From an uncultured bacterium (GTDB lineage: Bacteria > SAR324 > NAC60-12), in the NCBI GenBank assembly GCA_964010765.1, contig CAXGMD010000016.1:1-48800 (forward strand): 48,800 nucleotides of DNA. Reading direction: 5' to 3'. The notes beneath the pieces are model-generated. The model saw only the letters and a program-made list of their open reading frames with translations. It made no database searches and was not told where the DNA came from. Position numbers and translations under genes: made by a program. Below, in pieces: positions 1-9,789 of the stretch (its first letter is position 1; the number at the start of each line of letters is the position of its first letter).

Positions 1-351
1 TCTCCCAAACATGTAGCCCAGAAGTTATTGGAGCATCCGAATGGGATTGAGCCCAAAACCTTTGACTTTCCCACGATCATTCAAAAGTGCACTGATTTCC
101 GGGAGTTGGTTGGCAAAGCAGGGGATCTCTACATCATTCATCCCTACATGCTCCATGCTTCTTCGGCAAATCATTCTGGTCGTCCCCGAGTGATGAGCAA
201 TCCCCCAGTAGTTCTCAAGGAACCCCTGCGTCTGGATCAGAATCGCTCTGATCTCTCCCTCTTGGAGGAAACCACGCTGCGATTTCTGGGCACTAACTTC
301 ACACCGCCTCCAGAATCAGTCCGAGCTTCATACTGGTGGGAAGTCGCTTGA
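1..351 (+). CDS. C-terminal part of a phytanoyl-CoA dioxygenase (PhyH)-like Fe(II)/2-oxoglutarate oxygenase, 5' truncated by window edge
   Basis: Frame open from base 1. GKAGDLYIIHPYMLHASSANHSGRPR fits the PhyH C-terminal pattern (GD..hhH...H....N....R). Confidence 0.65.
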   Translation, partial: SPKHVAQKLLEHPNGIEPKTFDFPTIIQKCTDFRELVGKAGDLYIIHPYMLHASSANHSGRPRVMSNPPVVLKEPLRLDQNRSDLSLLEETTLRFLGTNFTPPPESVRASYWWEVA

Positions 352-1532
352 ACCAACTGATTGCTCTCTGGAGTGCCTACCCTTCACACTTCTGGCTACT
401 CTTTGCTGGAGTGTTTTTCAGTGTCTCCAGCAGTAGTTTCATCTGGCCTTTCACAACCATATTCATTGCGGAACAAACCCAGTCCAGCCTGACCCTGACC
501 ACCTTGATGTTCAGCGTAGAAGCCTGTGCCAGCCTGCTTTCAGTGGGACGAACCAGCAAAATGATGGGCCTGTATGGCCGTAAGGTCATGATGATCACCG
601 GGCTTGTGCTACAAGCTGGAAACTTGCTGTTGATGACACAAGCCACTTCGATTGGTAGCTGGCTGGTGCTGATGGCGGTGATGGGGGTTGTCAGTCCCTT
701 ATTCTCCATCGGGGGCAACGCGATGGTGGCTGACCTAATTCCCAACCACCAGCGAGCACAGGCGTACGCTCTGCTACGTATGGCGATCAATCTCGGCGTG
801 GTGACTGGTCCACTAATCGGTGGCTGGATCATCGCTGAGCATTCCTTCCAGACCGCTTTCTGGACAGCCGCTTCCCTGTTACTGCTCCTCGCTGGACTGG
901 CACATTGGCTGCTGCAGGAAACTCGACCTGAGGTCAAGAAAGACACTCCTCGGTCTAACCAGGGTGTTTGGAAAGACCGCCGCTTCATCACCATCTTACT
1001 CTTCTACACTTTCTCTGTGATGGGCTTCATCGAGATGTTCATCCTGATGCCAATCTATCTGAAGCAGAATTTTCAAATCCTGGAAAACCAGTCGAGCCTG
1101 CTCTTCAGTGTGAACGCTTTGATTGTTGTACTCTTCCAGTACTCCACCACTCGTTGGGCTTCACGCTTCTCACCTTTTCTGATGATGGCCGTGGGGGCTC
1201 TGATCTATGCCCTGGCGCTGGGCAGCATTCCTTTTCTAGAAACCTTTGTGTTTTTTACAGTGGCGATGATGGTACCGACCATTGGGGAAATGGTCATCAA
1301 CCCAACCGTGACTAGCTATGTCTCCAACTTGGCGCCTGATAACATGCGAGCTCGCTACATGGGAATGCTGGAGATGGTCTATCGGGTAGCAATGGGGACT
1401 AGCCCACTTGTTGCTGGATTAATCAATGACCTGGTAGCGCCATCATGGATCTGGGTCTATGGCTCGCTGATCACGCTGGTAGGTGCAACTGGTTTTATAA
1501 GCCTGTATTTGGGGAGATTTGGGAAGAATTGA
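336..1532 (+). CDS. MFS transporter (MdtH/DHA1-like)
   Basis: 398 aa with about 12 hydrophobic segments. Motif-A-like loops (MGLYGRK, WASRFSP); GPLIGG. Confidence 0.85.
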   Translation: MGSRLNQLIALWSAYPSHFWLLFAGVFFSVSSSSFIWPFTTIFIAEQTQSSLTLTTLMFSVEACASLLSVGRTSKMMGLYGRKVMMITGLVLQAGNLLLMTQATSIGSWLVLMAVMGVVSPLFSIGGNAMVADLIPNHQRAQAYALLRMAINLGVVTGPLIGGWIIAEHSFQTAFWTAASLLLLLAGLAHWLLQETRPEVKKDTPRSNQGVWKDRRFITILLFYTFSVMGFIEMFILMPIYLKQNFQILENQSSLLFSVNALIVVLFQYSTTRWASRFSPFLMMAVGALIYALALGSIPFLETFVFFTVAMMVPTIGEMVINPTVTSYVSNLAPDNMRARYMGMLEMVYRVAMGTSPLVAGLINDLVAPSWIWVYGSLITLVGATGFISLYLGRFGKN

Positions 1533-1638
1533 GCAGATTCGCAATTAGTTACTTTGAGTTGGAATATCATTGAAATTTTTACAGAGGTTCGCATTACAAA
1601 TACCAATTATCTGCTCAAGAATCGCATTTTTCGATTGA

Positions 1639-2847
1639 TTACATTCTGTCTGCTGACGAAGCGGGGAGGACTGCCTGCCAATGACCATCATTGGCATTGG
1701 ACGCAACGGCAGCTTCAATCAATGACATCGTGATAACTCCATCACTGGTGGTTGGTAGCGCTTCGTAGAACTGTTCATATGGCAAACCCAGTTGGCATGC
1801 CATCACAGCACAACCGAAATCTGCATAGAGATTGGCAAAAGCCAACGCGTAGCCTTCTGGATGTCCAGGGCGAAACCTACTCCCTCGAGTCGCCCAGGGA
1901 GATAAGTTTTGATAGCCTCGGGCGATTCTTTGTGCCTGACCACCAATGGGCTTAAACCATAAGACCTCGGGGTCTTCCTGATGCCACTGCAGACCACCCA
2001 ATTCCCCGTAGATTCTGAAACACAGTCCGTGGTCATTACCCGCAGCAATATAGCTCCCCCATATTCGACCACGCGCACCACTATGATAGCGGGTAGTCAA
2101 ATAAGCATTGTCGTAAACCTCACGTCTGGGAACAAAGGTAGACATCTCTGTGGACACTGCACTGATCTCTTCGCCATATATGTAATGGAGTAGGTGGTGA
2201 GCATGCGAGGCCACCTCCCCGAGAATTGCACCTTTGCCCATGATGTTTTCTCGAAAGCGCCAATGTCGATCTGCAGGGTTTTCTGGTTCGAAACTAACAC
2301 CTGGATCGCCTGCAGCTAATTCGGCTTCGAGAATTCGAATTTTGCCAAGCTGACCAGAACGTACCATTGCACGAGCTTCACGAACCATTGGATAACCCGT
2401 ATAGCAATGGGTGAGGCAAAACAGCCGACTGTGCTGTTGGGCCAGATCATCCAGTTGCGAGGCCTGCTCTCTGCTAACAGCTATTGGTTTTTCGCAGATC
2501 ACGTCGATGCCTTTTGTAAGAAATACTTTTGCTGCTTCAAAATGGATGTGGGGCGGTGCTGCAATCAATACGACTTCAATTCCATCCTCTCGCAGTGCCT
2601 CCTTTTCGGCCATTTCGTTAAAGCTTTCATAAACTCGATCAGCATCAAGGAATTCAGCTCTTGCAGTGGCTTCCGATACTGTAGGGTCTATAGAAAACAC
2701 CCCTGCATAGAGCTCGAAAAATCCGTCGACTCGCATTGCGGCCAAATGGGTTCCTCCAATAACAGAGTCTCGGCCACCACCAATAAATCCAATCCGTAAG
2801 CGGCGACCAAAGTTTTTACGGAGTTCGTCAATATCAATTTCACTCAT
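1639..2847 (-). CDS. Gfo/Idh/MocA family oxidoreductase
   Basis: N-terminal Rossmann LRIGFIGGG, VICEKP motif, GEVASH, GHPEGY C-terminal signature. Confidence 0.9.
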   Translation of the reverse strand: MSEIDIDELRKNFGRRLRIGFIGGGRDSVIGGTHLAAMRVDGFFELYAGVFSIDPTVSEATARAEFLDADRVYESFNEMAEKEALREDGIEVVLIAAPPHIHFEAAKVFLTKGIDVICEKPIAVSREQASQLDDLAQQHSRLFCLTHCYTGYPMVREARAMVRSGQLGKIRILEAELAAGDPGVSFEPENPADRHWRFRENIMGKGAILGEVASHAHHLLHYIYGEEISAVSTEMSTFVPRREVYDNAYLTTRYHSGARGRIWGSYIAAGNDHGLCFRIYGELGGLQWHQEDPEVLWFKPIGGQAQRIARGYQNLSPWATRGSRFRPGHPEGYALAFANLYADFGCAVMACQLGLPYEQFYEALPTTSDGVITMSLIEAAVASNANDGHWQAVLPASSADRM

Positions 2848-2892
2848 CTGCTTATTATTTTGTTGAGATCATTCTTGGGTAAAGCAACAAAC

Positions 2893-4086
2893 TTATTTTG
2901 TACGCTCAAAACTCACTTTTTTGCTAGCTCGTTGCCGATAGTTCACATATTCAAACCGTCCTGATTCTGCAGACCTTGCAATCGTTTCTATCGCTTCTGC
3001 GACTCGGTATCCGTCTTCAAAGTCTGCTCTTGGAGCAATTGGTTTCGACGTGGCAATCGCCTCTAGTATGTGGCGAGCTTGATGAGCAAAGCATTCATTC
3101 CATCCCAGAGGATGCTGTCCCTGAATTCCGGAAGGAAGCCAGAAATCACTGTACGGCTGTCCTGTTTGAGTGACTAGTTGTGAGCGTGGTCCCTTGTTCG
3201 GTTCATAGATAACGAGTTCGTTGAGTCTTTCCATCTGGAATGATAGGGATTTTTTCGTTCCATCTACCTCAATCCAGCCTCCCAGATTGTGTGCTGTTGC
3301 TACTCTAGATGCCTCAAAGCTGGCAGTTGCGCCACTCTCAAATTCAGCTACACACACAAAGGCATCATCATTCACATCCAGAATTTTCTTTTGTTTGTCT
3401 GTTGACCAAGTCTTGGTCAATGCACCAACACGAACCAGTTCACCTACAAGAAATCTTGCCTGATCAACATGGTGTGAGCCAAGGTCTCCCATCGCACCTA
3501 AGCCTGCCTTCGATTTGCTAAATCTCCAAGAGAGGTTGCCGTCCTCTGTAAGCATATTCAGTAAAAACCTCGATCGGAAGTGACGAACTTCACCGATTTC
3601 GCCAGACTGAATCATTTCACGCGCAAGATTCAACGCAGGAATAGACCGGTACATGAACGCACACATCTGGATGACACCAGTCTCTGAAACTTTATCCCAT
3701 ATCTGAAAGGCCTCATCTGCCGTGGAAGCCAAGGGTTTTTCACAAAAGACATGTTTGCCCTTCTTGGCTGCTGCTATCGTGGGCTGAGCATGAATGTGAT
3801 TCGGACCAGCATTGATGAAGAGATCGATCTCTGAATCATCAACGATTTCCTCCCAATTTTCCGTGCATTCTTCCCAGTCAAATCGCTCCCCCACTTTTGT
3901 ACACAGCTCGAAATCAACCTCTGCCAGGATTTTGGGGAGTACGTGAATTTTTGGTTCCCACATCGACGTAGCGGCATCTCTCAGAGCCAAGGCGTGCATT
4001 TGTCCAATAAAACCTGCTCCTAGGAGACCAACCATAATCTTAGAGCTAGCTTCTAGCTCTTTTGAGCGAGATATCATTTTGTCCAT
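2893..4086 (-). CDS. Gfo/Idh/MocA family oxidoreductase (levoglucosan/inositol dehydrogenase-like)
   Basis: GLLGAGFIG, PNHIH, HVFCEKPLA, WRF...AGLGAMGDLGSH. Confidence 0.9.
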   Translation of the reverse strand: MDKMISRSKELEASSKIMVGLLGAGFIGQMHALALRDAATSMWEPKIHVLPKILAEVDFELCTKVGERFDWEECTENWEEIVDDSEIDLFINAGPNHIHAQPTIAAAKKGKHVFCEKPLASTADEAFQIWDKVSETGVIQMCAFMYRSIPALNLAREMIQSGEIGEVRHFRSRFLLNMLTEDGNLSWRFSKSKAGLGAMGDLGSHHVDQARFLVGELVRVGALTKTWSTDKQKKILDVNDDAFVCVAEFESGATASFEASRVATAHNLGGWIEVDGTKKSLSFQMERLNELVIYEPNKGPRSQLVTQTGQPYSDFWLPSGIQGQHPLGWNECFAHQARHILEAIATSKPIAPRADFEDGYRVAEAIETIARSAESGRFEYVNYRQRASKKVSFERTK

Positions 4087-4432
4087 GGATGGCTAATTGA
4101 AGAAAGTTTGAGCGGATTTTAGCGAAGTGATGCCTATTGAAAGCAATACTGTTCGCGACTTACCTAAAAATAGGGAATACAAACAGAAGGGGTAAGATAA
4201 GACAGTCAAAAAGAAAAGCGATAGATTTTGAGAACTTTGTCACCTACTCAAAGCGATGGTCATGTGAATACATGTCTTAAAATACTGAAGCGCTAACGTC
4301 ACGCAAACGGCCGATTTGTCCTGAGCTACATTTTCAGAAAAAGATCGACATTTCAGCTTTTCCAAGGCATCAAATGAAGCCCATTTGCTCAATTGGAGCG
4401 TTCCATTCATCTTTATCTGGAGAAGACTAGCC

Positions 4433-5431
4433 ATGAGCTTCAGCCATAAATTATTGACCGGACTTGTTACTGCTGGACTTGTTCTCGGTAGCAGCCTGAT
4501 TGCTTTACCAAGCTGGGCTGCCGACAAAGTAACGCTGCGCATGTCCTGTCCATGTACAGAGACCGATCTTCGCAGCCAAGGTCTACAAAACGTGTTCGCT
4601 GCCAAGGTTAGCAGCTTTGCCGACTACCAACCTCACTACAACGCTACTCTCTTTAAGCAGGGTACTGAATTGACCGCAATTGCCCGGGGTAACCTGGAGA
4701 TGTCAATCACCTCTGCCCAGGAATTGGCCAAGCTGATTCCAGACTGGTCCGTTTTCACAGCTGGCTACCTGCTGCGTGATGCAGACCATCAGCGCAAGGT
4801 ATTCACCAGCGATATCGGCAAGGAATTCTTCCAAATGGCTGAAGACAAGCTCGGCGTCAAATTGCTGGGCGTGATGTATTTCGGCAAGCGACACCTGAAC
4901 CTGCGCACCGATAAGAAAGTCATGACTCCAGACGACATGGCTGGAGTCAAACTACGTATGCCTGGAACTGATGCTTGGCAATTCCTTGGGAAAGCCTTGG
5001 GTGCCAATCCAACCCCAATGGCCTTCACCGAAGTTTACACAGGTCTACAGACAGGTGCGATCGATGGACAGGACAACCCACTGCCCACCGACAAGGACAA
5101 GAAGTTCTATGAAGTTACCAAGCAGATCATTCTGACTGGTCACCTGGCAGACATGAACTTCCTAGCTCTCAGCAAGAAAACCTGGGACGGAATGACCACT
5201 GCCCAGCAAGACCAACTACAGAAGGCAGCTAACGACGCAATGATGGTGATCAGCATCAACGTCGAGTCACAAGAAGCCTTGTTGGAAGACTTCTTCCGCA
5301 ATGAAGGGCTGCAAGTCTACACTCCAAATGTGGATGCCTTCCGCAAGCGTGCCCAGGAAATGTACCTGGCCTCCGACTTCTCCAAGGAATGGCCCAAGGG
5401 AGTTGTTGAGCGAGTCAACGCCATTCGCTGA
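4433..5431 (+). CDS. dctP: TRAP transporter substrate-binding protein (DctP family)
   Basis: Signal peptide from ATG 4433 with GGAGA upstream. KLRMP (carboxylate-binding Arg); EVYTGLQTGAIDGQDNP. Confidence 0.92.
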   Translation: MSFSHKLLTGLVTAGLVLGSSLIALPSWAADKVTLRMSCPCTETDLRSQGLQNVFAAKVSSFADYQPHYNATLFKQGTELTAIARGNLEMSITSAQELAKLIPDWSVFTAGYLLRDADHQRKVFTSDIGKEFFQMAEDKLGVKLLGVMYFGKRHLNLRTDKKVMTPDDMAGVKLRMPGTDAWQFLGKALGANPTPMAFTEVYTGLQTGAIDGQDNPLPTDKDKKFYEVTKQIILTGHLADMNFLALSKKTWDGMTTAQQDQLQKAANDAMMVISINVESQEALLEDFFRNEGLQVYTPNVDAFRKRAQEMYLASDFSKEWPKGVVERVNAIR

Positions 5432-5443
5432 TTACTACCTTTC

Positions 5444-5950
5444 GTGCCTTTCTTACGTTGGCTGAAGATTGGTGCTGACAGCGTGGCCGTCCTTTTGTTG
5501 GCGGCCATGTTCTGCAGCTTCATGCTTCAGATCATCTTCCGCTATGTTTTCAACCATCCCCTCAGTTGGACCTTGGAGGCCTGTCTGATCACCTGGCTGT
5601 GGACAGTTTTCTGGGGTTGTGGCCTGCTCTTGCGAGATCAGGATCATGTACGCTTTGACATCCTCTATCTGGCTGCTCCACGTAAATTGCGTCGTTTGAT
5701 GGCTGGCCTGGCTACTATCGTGTTCTTGGTTGCCTATGCTGTGTCACTTCCAGCGACTGCAGATTACATTGCGTTCATGAAGATCGAGAGTAGCTCCTCC
5801 CTCAAAATCCGCCTGGATTACATCTTTGGGATTTATCTGCTCTTCATGATTGGAGTACTTGGACGCTACCTCTGGCGGCTGGTACAAATCCTTCGAGACC
5901 AAGATTTCGAAGCTGGCATTTCTCACTCAGCAGAGCATTACGGTGAGTGA
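5444..5950 (+). CDS. dctQ: TRAP transporter small permease
   Basis: 168 aa, 4 TM segments. FRYVFNHPLSW and HVRFDIL motifs. Lies between dctP and dctM. Confidence 0.9.
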   Translation: MPFLRWLKIGADSVAVLLLAAMFCSFMLQIIFRYVFNHPLSWTLEACLITWLWTVFWGCGLLLRDQDHVRFDILYLAAPRKLRRLMAGLATIVFLVAYAVSLPATADYIAFMKIESSSSLKIRLDYIFGIYLLFMIGVLGRYLWRLVQILRDQDFEAGISHSAEHYGE

Positions 5951-7238
5951 GGCCTTTATTCTCTGCCTGGTGGCAATCTTCGGGTTAGCTGCTATGGGAG
6001 CTCCGATTGCTCACTCGATCATCGTGGGTGCGATCGCTTTTCTAGCAGTGAATGGGCAAGATCTCGCTCTGGCAGCTGAGCAAATCATTCAAGGGCTCTA
6101 CGAGAGCTTCGTGCTACTCGCTGTGCCACTGTTCATCGTGGCAGCCAATATCATGAACGCTGGAACAGTCTCGGATCGTCTGCTTCAATTCTGCGTGGCG
6201 TTGGTCGGGAGATTCCGGGGTGGGCTGGGTCATGTCAACGTGGTGGCCAGCATCATCTTCTCAGGGATGTCAGGTTCGGCCATTGCGGATGCAGCTGGAA
6301 TTGGCAAGGTCATCATCAAAATGATGACAAAAGACAATCGCTACACGCCCGGTTTTGCAGCGGCGATTACTGCGGCTTCTGCAACCATCGGCCCGATTAT
6401 CCCACCATCCATTCCGATGGTTCTATATTCGCTCGTCTCAGATGCATCAATTGGCTATCTGTTTCTGGGTGGTGTTATTCCTGGGCTGCTGATGGGACTG
6501 GTTCTGATGGTAATGATCGCCTATAAGGCCAAGACACTAAGCTTGAAAGCTGAGGCTCCAGTTCCTTTGAGAGAAATGCCTGGAGTAACACTCCGAGCCT
6601 TTCCTGCACTAATGCTGCCTGTCATTCTGCTCTTTGGGATCTACGGTGGAGCGACTACTCCCACAGAGGCAGCCGCAGTTGCAGCGGCCTATGCGCTGAT
6701 TCTGACAGCTTTCTTTTATCGGTCGCTAAACTGGAAGGGGCTCTATCAGATTTTGTTGGAGAGTGCGCGTTCCTCTGCTGCGGTAGGCCTGGTGATTGGC
6801 GGGGCGCTTATCCTGAACTACATCGTGGCCAGTGAAAACATTCCAAACCAACTGGCGGGCGTCCTCAAGGAAGTCGATATTGAACCCCTCATGTTTCTGT
6901 TGGGGATCAACCTACTCTTGCTATTGCTGGGATGTGTGTTGGATGCCACAACGCTGATTCTTGTAGTGATTCCACTCTTCATTCCCTCCTGTCGAGCACT
7001 AGGAATCGACTTGGTTCACTTTGGTGTCGTCGTTGTGGTCAATTCGATGATTGGCCTGATCACTCCACCATATGGCATCCTGCTCTTTGTGATCAATGCC
7101 ACGACGGGGATCCCCTTGCGAAGCATTATTAAGGAGATCGTTCCATTCCTAATGGCTCTCCTTGTGGCCCTCGCAACCATTGTACTCTCTCCAGACTTGG
7201 TACTCTGGCTACCCCGACTGCTAGGCTATAATGCCTGA
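5943..7238 (+). CDS. dctM: TRAP transporter large permease
   Basis: GTG 5943 overlaps the dctQ end. LLAVPLF, FSGMSGSAIADAA, IIPPSIP, TPTEAAAV, ITPPYG. Confidence 0.93.
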   Translation: MSEAFILCLVAIFGLAAMGAPIAHSIIVGAIAFLAVNGQDLALAAEQIIQGLYESFVLLAVPLFIVAANIMNAGTVSDRLLQFCVALVGRFRGGLGHVNVVASIIFSGMSGSAIADAAGIGKVIIKMMTKDNRYTPGFAAAITAASATIGPIIPPSIPMVLYSLVSDASIGYLFLGGVIPGLLMGLVLMVMIAYKAKTLSLKAEAPVPLREMPGVTLRAFPALMLPVILLFGIYGGATTPTEAAAVAAAYALILTAFFYRSLNWKGLYQILLESARSSAAVGLVIGGALILNYIVASENIPNQLAGVLKEVDIEPLMFLLGINLLLLLLGCVLDATTLILVVIPLFIPSCRALGIDLVHFGVVVVVNSMIGLITPPYGILLFVINATTGIPLRSIIKEIVPFLMALLVALATIVLSPDLVLWLPRLLGYNA

Positions 7239-7241
7239 GGC

Positions 7242-7751
7242 TTAGGCTAAGGTCTTGGCGAGATCAACGACTGATTCTCCTCCCAGTTTCAACAGAACCT
7301 GAGGATCCATCTTCACCTTGAGATCTCGGCCACCACCTCCGACGATAATCCACTCGCAGTCCATCACCCGAGAATCAATCCACAAAGGTAGCTCTGTTGG
7401 AAGTCCCAATGGAGTGACTCCTCCCACCTGCATACCAGTCAAGGCCTGCATCTCTTCTGCAGTAGAAAAAGAAGTTTTGCGCACACCCATCTTCTTGCGC
7501 ACCGCGCCATTGACATCCAAACGTGTTGTGGCCAGTACCACACAGGCTACAAAGGTCTTGGGCTCTGCTTTTGATGCAATCACCAGAGTATTGGCAGACT
7601 GATCCAGTGGGATGTTGTAATGAGCACAAAAATCAGCAGTGTCTGCCAGCGCCGGGTCGATCTCAATGATCTCAAAGGTGAGTCCCAGTGGATTCAGGAC
7701 GTTTTCCAATTCAGTTCGGGTCATCGGCTCCATTAGGTCGTTGATTTTCAC
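7242..7751 (-). CDS. YbaK/EbsC (aminoacyl-tRNA editing domain) family protein
   Basis: SANTLVI, LTGMQVGGVTPLGLP, IIVGGGGR. Start may be a downstream ATG (7733). Confidence 0.85.
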   Translation of the reverse strand: MKINDLMEPMTRTELENVLNPLGLTFEIIEIDPALADTADFCAHYNIPLDQSANTLVIASKAEPKTFVACVVLATTRLDVNGAVRKKMGVRKTSFSTAEEMQALTGMQVGGVTPLGLPTELPLWIDSRVMDCEWIIVGGGGRDLKVKMDPQVLLKLGGESVVDLAKTLA

Positions 7752-7799
7752 CAGCGAGTGGAAAAATCGAGTTGTTGACTATGGCTTGAAACAAAATAT

Positions 7800-8729
7800 T
7801 CAGGCAGGTGCTTTCTCTTGGGTGGATCTGGGAACGGCTGACTTGCGGAAGAGCAACATCCCACTCAGCACCAACAGCATTCCGCCGGCATGGTACCACT
7901 GAAAATTCTCGCCAAGGAAGATAATTGCCAAGAGTGAGGCAAAGACTGGGACCAAGTTGATGAAAAGTCCTCCCAAATTAGGGCCGATCAACTCAATACC
8001 CCGATTCCAAAAGAGAAACGCAAGGATCGATGGAAATATGGACACATAGCCCACCGCCCAGGCGAGTTGTGGACTACCGTGAGGCAATCCTACCCAATAC
8101 CACTCGAGTAGCATCGGGGGAATCAACATGCTACCTCCCAGGGCAAAGGTAACCGCTAGGAAACTCATCAGGCTGATGGCTGGTTTGACCCTGAGGAGTG
8201 TGGTGTAAGAGGCATAGGCCAACACTGCTGGCAACAACCAGAGATCTCCGGGTACTAATTCAAACTTCTGCAACACTTCCCAGCTTCCCTGAAACAGCAC
8301 CAAACCCACTCCCAAAAAACAGAGCAGGAGACCACACCATTGGCGTTGGTTTGTACGCTCCCCAAACCACCACCGGGAAAGCAGCACAATCACAGCGGGT
8401 CCAGCTGACTGCATCAACGCCGCATTGATCGCCTGAGTTGTTTGTAGCGCTACATAGAAGAGAGTGTTAAAGATCGTGATTCCGAGCAGAGAGAGCAGCA
8501 ATAACATCTTCCAAGAGCTACGAATCGTTCGCCAGTCACGTCGTATCGAAGGCAGGGCAAAGGGTAGAATCAGGAGAAAAGCGACCGTCCAGCGTATCCA
8601 GGCGAGCGTGATTGGCGAGATGAACTCGGTCATTCCTCGACCCACTACCGCATTGCCACCCCAGAACAAAGGGACCAAGGTCAACAGCAGGTAGGGTTGA
8701 GCAAAAAACCATTCACGCAGTTGCTGCAC
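7800..8729 (-). CDS. DMT/EamA family transporter
   Basis: About 10 TM segments in two EamA repeats (LFWGGN...R; WNRGIELIGP...FINLVPVF...LGE). Confidence 0.9.
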   Translation of the reverse strand: MQQLREWFFAQPYLLLTLVPLFWGGNAVVGRGMTEFISPITLAWIRWTVAFLLILPFALPSIRRDWRTIRSSWKMLLLLSLLGITIFNTLFYVALQTTQAINAALMQSAGPAVIVLLSRWWFGERTNQRQWCGLLLCFLGVGLVLFQGSWEVLQKFELVPGDLWLLPAVLAYASYTTLLRVKPAISLMSFLAVTFALGGSMLIPPMLLEWYWVGLPHGSPQLAWAVGYVSIFPSILAFLFWNRGIELIGPNLGGLFINLVPVFASLLAIIFLGENFQWYHAGGMLLVLSGMLLFRKSAVPRSTQEKAPA

Positions 8730-9738
8730 TGTACTCGTCTACGGCTTGAAGATGGCGTTGAACTTCTACTTGTGGAAGGAAGCTAGCATTGAATCCGTTC
8801 TGAACCAAGCGCAAGGCCTGCTCTTGAGTGAGGTCAAGATCTTGGTGCAATGCGAAGAAATTTTCATTCAAGTAACCACCAAAATAGGCAGGATCGTCTG
8901 AGTTAACCGTCACACAAAGACCCGCATCTAACAACTGTAGCAGGTTATGCTGCTTCATTTCTGGGAAGACGCAGAGGCGAATATTTGAGAGGGGACAGAC
9001 AGTTAGCGGCACCTGCTCTTCAGCAAGTCTTTGCATTAACTTTTGGTCTTCTGCAGAACGAACTCCATGATCAATCCGGTGAACCTTTAGTAGATCGAGA
9101 GCTCCCCAGACATAGGCAGGAGGGCCCTCTTCACCCGCATGGGCAATCCGACGATAGCCCTGTTCCTGAGCTTGGGCGTAGAGTCGGGCGAACTTTTCTG
9201 GAGGATGCCCCATTTCTGAGCTAGCCAGCCCAATTGCGACGAAATGTTCGCGGTAAGGTTCCACGTCCTTAAGTAAAGCCAGCGCTTCCTCTTCTGACAA
9301 GTGTCGGAGAAAGCTAAGAATCAACAAAGCTGACTGGCCCCAGTCTTTTCGCGCTTCCTGGATTGCGGACTCAAACCCGGACAGCATCGTCTTTAGAGAG
9401 ACCCCTTGAGGGAAGTAGGTTTGTGGCTCCACCATGATCTCAGTATGGACGATGTTCTGTTCCCGGCACTTGAGCAGGTAGTCCCGCATCAGGTGGTAGA
9501 AGTCCTCTTCATCACGCAACACAGACGCACCGAGATAATAAAGATCGAGGAAGCTCTGCAAGTTTTCAAAATCATAGGCTGCTTCAATCTCTTCCACACT
9601 TTGATAGGGCAGTGCCACCGAGTTTTTCTTTGCTAGTTTCAGCAGTCGTTCGGGTTGCAGAGAACCATCAATGTGCAGGTGCAACTCACACTTGGGCAAG
9701 CCTGACAGCCACTTTTGCCAGTCTTGTCTGCTTTGCAT
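8713..9738 (-). CDS. add: Adenosine/adenine deaminase (ADA-family, adenine deaminase-like)
   Basis: LPKCELHLHIDG, AHAGEEGP, RIDHGV, TVCPLSN, NSDDPAYFGGY. ATG 9738 preceded by GGAGG. Confidence 0.92.
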   Translation of the reverse strand: MQSRQDWQKWLSGLPKCELHLHIDGSLQPERLLKLAKKNSVALPYQSVEEIEAAYDFENLQSFLDLYYLGASVLRDEEDFYHLMRDYLLKCREQNIVHTEIMVEPQTYFPQGVSLKTMLSGFESAIQEARKDWGQSALLILSFLRHLSEEEALALLKDVEPYREHFVAIGLASSEMGHPPEKFARLYAQAQEQGYRRIAHAGEEGPPAYVWGALDLLKVHRIDHGVRSAEDQKLMQRLAEEQVPLTVCPLSNIRLCVFPEMKQHNLLQLLDAGLCVTVNSDDPAYFGGYLNENFFALHQDLDLTQEQALRLVQNGFNASFLPQVEVQRHLQAVDEYSAATA

Positions 9739-9789
9739 CTCAACCTCCAAGAATGTTCAACTCTCAAAGGGCCAAAGGATCTGCCTACA

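Noticed and set aside
377..994. 205-aa minus-strand ORF, and similar antisense or alternative-frame ORFs (e.g. 9715-10200, 13185-13712, 35582-36091)
   Set aside because: They lie within or largely overlap well-supported genes and carry no motifs.
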